Shown here: piece by piece, positions 53,737 to 57,605 of the stretch
How positions within the stretch are numbered: the first letter of the stretch is position 1
Layout: the number at the start of each line of letters is the position of its first letter
Source: an uncultured Candidatus Poseidoniales archaeon
GTDB lineage: Archaea > Thermoplasmatota > Poseidoniia > Poseidoniales > Thalassarchaeaceae
Reading direction: 5' to 3'
Assembly: GCA_963997805.1 (NCBI GenBank)
Contig: CAXEOD010000002.1
Location: 1-57,605 of the forward strand
Length of the DNA: 57,605 bases
The notes under the pieces: model-generated
Told to the model about the DNA's origin: nothing
The model's input: the letters and a program-made list of their open reading frames with translations, nothing else
Database searches by the model: none
Program-made: the position numbers and the translations under genes

Positions 53737-54552
53737 TTATCTAAAGAATAGACGTAAACAGGTGAGTGAACCGTCAGCACAACGAATGTGCTTCATGTCA
53801 ATAGTTGTGACACTGAATCCATGTTGTGATAGTAATTCCGCAGTTTTCGGGTAACCTTCTGAGACGATTACACCCCCATTTTCAAATCCAATTGTGTTTG
53901 CCGCATAAGATTCTTCATTTGGCACCCAAATTATTTCGGCAGTAATCCCGTCAAATTGTTCTGGTCGCAAATGCCCCTCTGCTGTGACTAGAATCCCAGG
54001 TGCTGGTGAAGAACAGATAGTTGAAAGGTGAAGTGTAGATGAAGGCACCTCAAAAATAAAAGTTTTGAAGCCCCTTTCATGACAAATATTTTCAACAAAT
54101 GCGACACCCTTAGTATTTGTCCGGGTTGAACGACCAATGAGGAAATAATCATCATAAAAAACAACATCCCCACCATCTAATTTTGCCCCCTCTGGCATAA
54201 CAATAGTTTCCAAATGTTGAGAAAGAGATTTTTCGATACTTCCAACTTCTCCTTGGCGACTCGGATGGCCGGGATTACAGATTATCGCCGCACCATCTAT
54301 GATAACAGCGACATCTTCTACAAAACAACAATCAGGATAATCTGCTAAGCCAGGAAGAATAGTAACTTCCAAACCATTATCCCGAAGGCAATCTACATAT
54401 TTACTATGGGCCTGAATTGAAGCATCAACATCTGTTGGCCCAGTTCCAAAATAATTTGCTAAAGCCTTAGAAAAATTTGGAGATATATGACGAACCAGTA
54501 CGCCCGCTCTACGGCGTCTACTCCAATCTCTCATCATTTTCCCGGCAGCCAT
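53737..54552 (-). CDS. Dimethylarginine dimethylaminohydrolase (DDAH)-family guanidino-group-modifying enzyme
   Basis: Blocks parallel Pseudomonas DDAH as I recall it: CFVEDVAVI (FVEDP), NPGHPSRQGE (RPGAESRRGE), LDGGDVV...FLIGRSTRTNTKG (GDHFYIGESARTNAEG), LHLST (LHLKT), EESYAANTI (EESYAANCI), EGYPKT (AGYPRT), ADGSLTCLRLFF (DGGVSCMSLRF, nucleophile Cys). Confidence 0.8.
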   Translation of the reverse strand: MAAGKMMRDWSRRRRAGVLVRHISPNFSKALANYFGTGPTDVDASIQAHSKYVDCLRDNGLEVTILPGLADYPDCCFVEDVAVIIDGAAIICNPGHPSRQGEVGSIEKSLSQHLETIVMPEGAKLDGGDVVFYDDYFLIGRSTRTNTKGVAFVENICHERGFKTFIFEVPSSTLHLSTICSSPAPGILVTAEGHLRPEQFDGITAEIIWVPNEESYAANTIGFENGGVIVSEGYPKTAELLSQHGFSVTTIDMKHIRCADGSLTCLRLFFR

Positions 54553-54621
54553 TCAGGTCATAAGGGTTCGGAATCCGGAAACAACCCGCCAACAAACGGA
54601 AACACGAACTACTATTGAAAC

Positions 54622-54627
54622 AAAAAA
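54622..54627 (-). terminator. Oligo-T (T6 on the minus strand) 6-11 nt after the deoxyhypusine synthase stop
   Basis: Minus strand reads TAA-ATTGG-TTTTTT-GTTTC. This may separate the speD-dys transcript from the DDAH-like gene. Confidence 0.4.
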
Positions 54628-54632
54628 CCAAT

Positions 54633-55595
54633 TTAATTTTCCAAACCTTCCAAAAGGTAGCACAGAATCAATGGTAAAACAATAGTTGCATCAGATTCAA
54701 TGACGAATCGTGGTGTGTCAATACCCAACTTTTCCCAACTTATTTTTTCATTCGGGGGTGCGCCTGAATACCCACCATAGGAGGGGGTTGATTCGGAAAT
54801 TTGTGCGAACCAACTCCATAATTCAACCTCATTACCTAGGTCCTGTCGCAACATCGGTACAACACAAATGGGGAAATCCCCAGCAACCCCTCCTCCGACT
54901 TGTAAAATACCTATTGATGATCCTTGTTCGTGGTACCAAGAGGCAATATCCCCCATCCGTTGTAAGTCAGTTGTGATGATATTGTCACTTGAAATAGTCC
55001 CATCTATTAATCGAGCAGAGAAAATATTTCCTAATGTGCTGTCAGCCCATGCTGGGGTAAAAATAGGAATTTGCATTTGCTGGGCTGCAACTAACCAACT
55101 ATCTTCTAGATTAGCTTGAAAATCTATATCATCTGAATTAATGACATCAAATAAATAATGATGAGGTGGGTGAGTTTCGCTATTTTTTTCTGCTTTCAAC
55201 CATTGTTGTAAAAGTATGCTTTCAACTACTCTAATTGCCTCAGATTCCGGAATACAAGTATCGGTAACCCGATTCAATCCTCTTTTTTGCAATTCCACAT
55301 CATCTTCAGCAGTGAGATTCCGCCAATCTATTTTTTCATACGATTCATGAGCAATTAAATTGAACAAGTCTTCTTCTAAATTTGCTCCAGTACATGAGAT
55401 TGCATGGACCAACCCCGCACGAATTGCTGGTGCTAATGAGCGGCCGATTTCGGCGGTTGACATTGCCCCAGCAAGTGTGACAATTAGTTTGCCCCCACCA
55501 GCAATGAATCCCTCAAGCGAACGAACACAATCAGCTAGCGCACCGGAATTGAAATGGTGGTAATTTTGGTCAATGAATTGACGTACACCGGACAC
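54633..55595 (-). CDS. dys: Deoxyhypusine synthase family protein
   Basis: LAGAMSTAEIG, ISCTGANLEEDLF, ILQVGGGVAGDFP (cf. IIGGGV.KH), GAPPNEKISWEKLG (cf. ARPDEAVSWGKI, which contains the catalytic Lys). GTG start with AGGAGTGA upstream, 5 nt after the speD stop. Confidence 0.8.
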   Translation of the reverse strand: MSGVRQFIDQNYHHFNSGALADCVRSLEGFIAGGGKLIVTLAGAMSTAEIGRSLAPAIRAGLVHAISCTGANLEEDLFNLIAHESYEKIDWRNLTAEDDVELQKRGLNRVTDTCIPESEAIRVVESILLQQWLKAEKNSETHPPHHYLFDVINSDDIDFQANLEDSWLVAAQQMQIPIFTPAWADSTLGNIFSARLIDGTISSDNIITTDLQRMGDIASWYHEQGSSIGILQVGGGVAGDFPICVVPMLRQDLGNEVELWSWFAQISESTPSYGGYSGAPPNEKISWEKLGIDTPRFVIESDATIVLPLILCYLLEGLEN

Positions 55596-55599
55596 CTAA

Positions 55600-56028
55600 T
55601 CACTCCTTGTTTTGGGATAGATCATCGTGGAGAAAACGTTCCACCACATTACGATTCATTAATTTCAAGTTTTCACAACCAGCAATCAGTTTAGCATGGA
55701 TAACATCAGCTAAATCGTTTGGGTCGTGGGCCCCACAAGTGAAAGCATCAATTGCTAACCACCCCTTTTCAGAGTAACAGTGTGCGGTGACGTGGCTCTC
55801 ATCAATTAGTACAATTGCAGCAAACCCAGGAGGGCTTTCATCACCATCAAAAACCTCACAATGAGAATGTACTTCTTTGACCCCACACTCGTTCACACTT
55901 GACCGCAGTAGTGACAATACCCAATCATCTACACCCTCTACTTTAGGATTGAAATTGACGTAGTCAAGGTAGACATGACGCCCATGGGCGAGTCGTACGT
56001 TCGAGTCACCAGCCAGCCTGTTCACCAC
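55600..56028 (-). CDS. speD: Pyruvoyl-dependent S-adenosylmethionine decarboxylase proenzyme (SpeD/SpeH type)
   Basis: LIDESHVTAHCYSEKGWLAIDAFTCG matches the self-cleavage and core motif (..ESH.s.HTwPE.g.a.iDvftCG). About 142 aa. GTG start. Confidence 0.85.
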   Translation of the reverse strand: MVNRLAGDSNVRLAHGRHVYLDYVNFNPKVEGVDDWVLSLLRSSVNECGVKEVHSHCEVFDGDESPPGFAAIVLIDESHVTAHCYSEKGWLAIDAFTCGAHDPNDLADVIHAKLIAGCENLKLMNRNVVERFLHDDLSQNKE

Positions 56029-56048
56029 TTACCGCGAGGTGGGCTGAT

Positions 56049-56061
56049 ATTTCAATTCAAC
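56049..56061 (-). promoter_or_regulatory. Promoter-like 13-mer GTTGAATTGAAAT (minus-strand reading), 21-33 nt upstream of the speD start codon
   Basis: Exact copy of the 13-mer found upstream of tRNA-Leu. It is AT-rich and sits at a TATA/BRE-appropriate distance. No SD lies between it and the GTG start, which suggests a leaderless or short-leader mRNA. Confidence 0.4.
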
Positions 56062-56118
56062 ACTGTTCGACAACAACAGATAATCATCTAATAATGGCGG
56101 TTCAAGTATGTGTTTTGA

Positions 56119-56202
56119 TGCAGAGGGCAGGATTTGAACCTGCGAACCACTGAGGACTGGGACCTCATCCCAGCGCCGTTGACCAAGCTTGGCAACCCCT
56201 GC
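56119..56202 (-). tRNA. tRNA-Leu (anticodon GAG), class II with long variable arm
   Basis: Minus strand GCAGGGGTTGCCAAGCTTGGTCAACGGCGCTGGGATGAGGTCCCAGTCCTCAGTGGTTCGCAGGTTCAAATCCTGCCCTCTGCA, 84 nt. Anticodon stem CTGGG/CCCAG with loop ATGAGGT, 13-nt variable region, T-arm GCAGG-TTCAAAT-CCTGC. No CCA is encoded. Confidence 0.9.
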
Positions 56203-56227
56203 GTGAGGTGAACGGAGTAACTGTTTG

Positions 56228-56240
56228 ATTTCAATTCAAC
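56228..56240 (-). promoter_or_regulatory. Promoter-like 13-mer GTTGAATTGAAAT, 26-38 nt upstream of the tRNA-Leu 5' end
   Basis: Second exact copy of the 13-mer, positioned where an archaeal TATA/BRE is expected for the tRNA gene. Confidence 0.4.
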
Positions 56241-56330
56241 GGTTATACATATTTCTTATGTGGGTGGGAGGTTATTTTCCACCTCACTCAAGTAGGGAAT
56301 ACCTATCCGCACAACTCAGAAGGTGAGACT

Positions 56331-57425
56331 TTGGCTGACAAAATTCCACTTGGTAGAATGTTCATCAATGATGAGATGCGAGAGGTTGTAAGCGACGTTC
56401 TTGATTCAGGGAGATGGATAAAAGGCCCCCATTCCAAAGCATTTGGAGCAGAATGGGCAGCATACTGCGGCGCTATCGCAGGAACCCCTTGCTCAAACGG
56501 TTCAACCGCTCTAATCGCCGCATTACGGCTTCTCAATGTTGGGCATGGAGATGAAGTAATTGTCCCATCACACACTTTCATTGCTAGCGCTACTTGTATT
56601 GACCAAGTTGGCGCAACCCCTGTTTTTGTTGATGTTGAGGAAGAATATCACACACTGTGCCCAGACGAAGTTGAGAAGGCAATAACTGATTCTACAAAAG
56701 CCATCATTGCAGTCCATCTTTATGGGCAACCAATTTCAGAACGGGTTTTTGAGATCGCAAAGAATCACAATATTCCTTTGATAGAAGATTCAGCCCAAGC
56801 CCACGGCGCAGAACTCAACGGTCAGAGAATTGGTAGCATAGGGGATTTGGCAACATTCTCATTTTTCCCAAGTAAAAACATGGCAGTTGGTGGTGATGGC
56901 GGCTCAATATTAGCAAACCGTGAAGATTTAGCCGATAAAATTAGTATGGCAATTGACCACGGCCGCTTAGACAAATACCGCCACGATTTCCTTGGCTCAA
57001 ACTTCCGCCTTTCAGAAATGCAATGTGCAGTTGGTAGGGTCCAACTCAAACATCTAGATGATTGGGTAGCGCGACGCAACGAAATCGCTGCCCGATATAA
57101 TGACGCATTTTCATCTCTTGAATGGACCAGCCCTCCAGCAATTCGTGAAGGCGCATTACACGCTTGGCACCAATACGTTTTGCGAGTGAACAATCGGGAA
57201 GATTTCCAGGCACACATGGATGAGCAAGGCGTTTCAACAGGGATTCACTACCCAATCCCTTGCCATCGCCAACCGTTGTACGAGAGCCACCCACAACACC
57301 AAGAGGGCACTTTACCGATTACTGAAGCAATTTGTGCGAGCGTAGTTTCAATTCCAGTTCACCCCCACTTAACTGACGGCGAAGTCGAGAAGGTAATTTC
57401 TGCAGTCAAGTCATTTCAGTCTTGA
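56331..57425 (+). CDS. DegT/DnrJ/EryC1/StrS-family PLP-dependent sugar aminotransferase
   Basis: IPLGRMFINDEMREVVSDVLDSGRWIKGPHSKAFGAEWAAYCG, VIVPSHTFIASA, IEDSAQAHGA, FSFFPSKNM (PLP Lys), HQYVLRV. TTG start with AGAAGGTGAGA upstream. Confidence 0.9.
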   Translation: MADKIPLGRMFINDEMREVVSDVLDSGRWIKGPHSKAFGAEWAAYCGAIAGTPCSNGSTALIAALRLLNVGHGDEVIVPSHTFIASATCIDQVGATPVFVDVEEEYHTLCPDEVEKAITDSTKAIIAVHLYGQPISERVFEIAKNHNIPLIEDSAQAHGAELNGQRIGSIGDLATFSFFPSKNMAVGGDGGSILANREDLADKISMAIDHGRLDKYRHDFLGSNFRLSEMQCAVGRVQLKHLDDWVARRNEIAARYNDAFSSLEWTSPPAIREGALHAWHQYVLRVNNREDFQAHMDEQGVSTGIHYPIPCHRQPLYESHPQHQEGTLPITEAICASVVSIPVHPHLTDGEVEKVISAVKSFQS

Positions 57426-57605
57426 ACTGGGCGCGGGAAATTTGCTAGCGCTTGGTTTGACCAGACATCATCTTGACCAGTAAGTTCACGGCCAATCCAA
57501 TTTGGTAATTCAATTGGGTAATCAGGGGTGGGGATTTCGATTTCAGCGATGATTAAGCCGGCGTTTTTTCCTTCAAAGAAATCAATTTCCCAAAACAAAT
57601 TATCA
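57416..57605 (-). CDS. CYTH-domain protein (CyaB/thiamine-triphosphatase-like), N-terminus outside the window
   Basis: DNLFWEIDFFEGKNAGLIIAEIEIPTPDYPIELPNWIGRELTGQDDVWSNQALA fits the C-terminal half of CYTH domains (.vDvf.g...gL..aEvE.......p.wig.EvT.d..y.N..La). The frame is open to the window end, and the tracked TTG start is probably internal. Confidence 0.6.
   Translation of the reverse strand, partial: DNLFWEIDFFEGKNAGLIIAEIEIPTPDYPIELPNWIGRELTGQDDVWSNQALANFPRPVQD

Noticed and set aside
56049-56240. Direct repeats around tRNA-Leu as borders of an integrated mobile element
   Set aside because: The repeats enclose only the 84-nt tRNA and about 95 nt of spacer. No integrase or cargo is present. 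Their positions match promoter distances better.
57416-57425. Overlapping or abutting convergent gene ends (57416-57425, 30239-30242, 24889/24890) as possible antisense-regulation sites
   Set aside because: This is typical genome compaction for a streamlined planktonic archaeon, and no extra structure is visible.
1-57605. Search for defence systems, toxin-antitoxin pairs, reverse transcriptases, transposases, CRISPR arrays, rRNA, or Sec/Pyl recoding
   Set aside because: None of the translated ORFs shows the corresponding motifs. No array-like repeats were seen, and there are no same-frame ORF pairs split by a single stop. I cannot exclude very divergent systems without profile searches.

Overview
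Gene-dense 57.6-kb chromosomal segment with short intergenic gaps, mostly under 120 nt. It is archaeal: RFC clamp-loader subunit, prefoldin alpha, RpoP, ribosomal protein LX, diphthine synthase, Trm5, GGGP synthase, geranylgeranyl reductase, split GMP synthase subunit A, deoxyhypusine synthase and a beta-CASP RNase are all present. Many secreted or lipobox-type hydrolases (S8, S15, M28, FG-GAP, collagen-like) sit alongside bacterial-type genes (UvrA, PlsC-like acyltransferase, DDAH, MamK-like actin). That mix fits a marine planktonic euryarchaeote of the Marine Group II/III (Poseidoniales-like) kind, but this lineage call is inference only. I call about 53 CDS, two of them truncated by the window edges. 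One of these, a >1170-aa secreted vWA protein at 1-3527, is missing from the ORF track. There are 3 tRNAs (Arg-CCT, Asp-GTC, Leu-GAG) and a few promoter/terminator-like elements. I saw no rRNA, CRISPR array, transposase/integrase or recognisable defence system. The best candidate for something undescribed is a discrete unit at 31811-36548: a membrane-anchored subtilase, translationally coupled to a MamK-like actin, followed by a long acidic coiled-coil protein. Other points worth a second look: (1) ether-lipid genes (ferredoxin, mini-GGR paralogue, GGGPS; full GGR) coexisting with a PlsC-like acyltransferase; (2) an SdhA/NadB-like flavoprotein with its dicarboxylate-binding residues replaced; (3) a degenerate aldolase/adducin-head protein with a disordered N-terminus; (4) a double zinc-ribbon RpoP; (5) a galactokinase-like/nucleotidyltransferase fusion; (6) a PurS-PurS-PurL fusion; (7) a GT4 gene whose conserved N-terminus has no canonical start codon; (8) a 13-nt promoter-like repeat flanking tRNA-Leu. 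All family calls come from by-eye motif recognition, not database searches.
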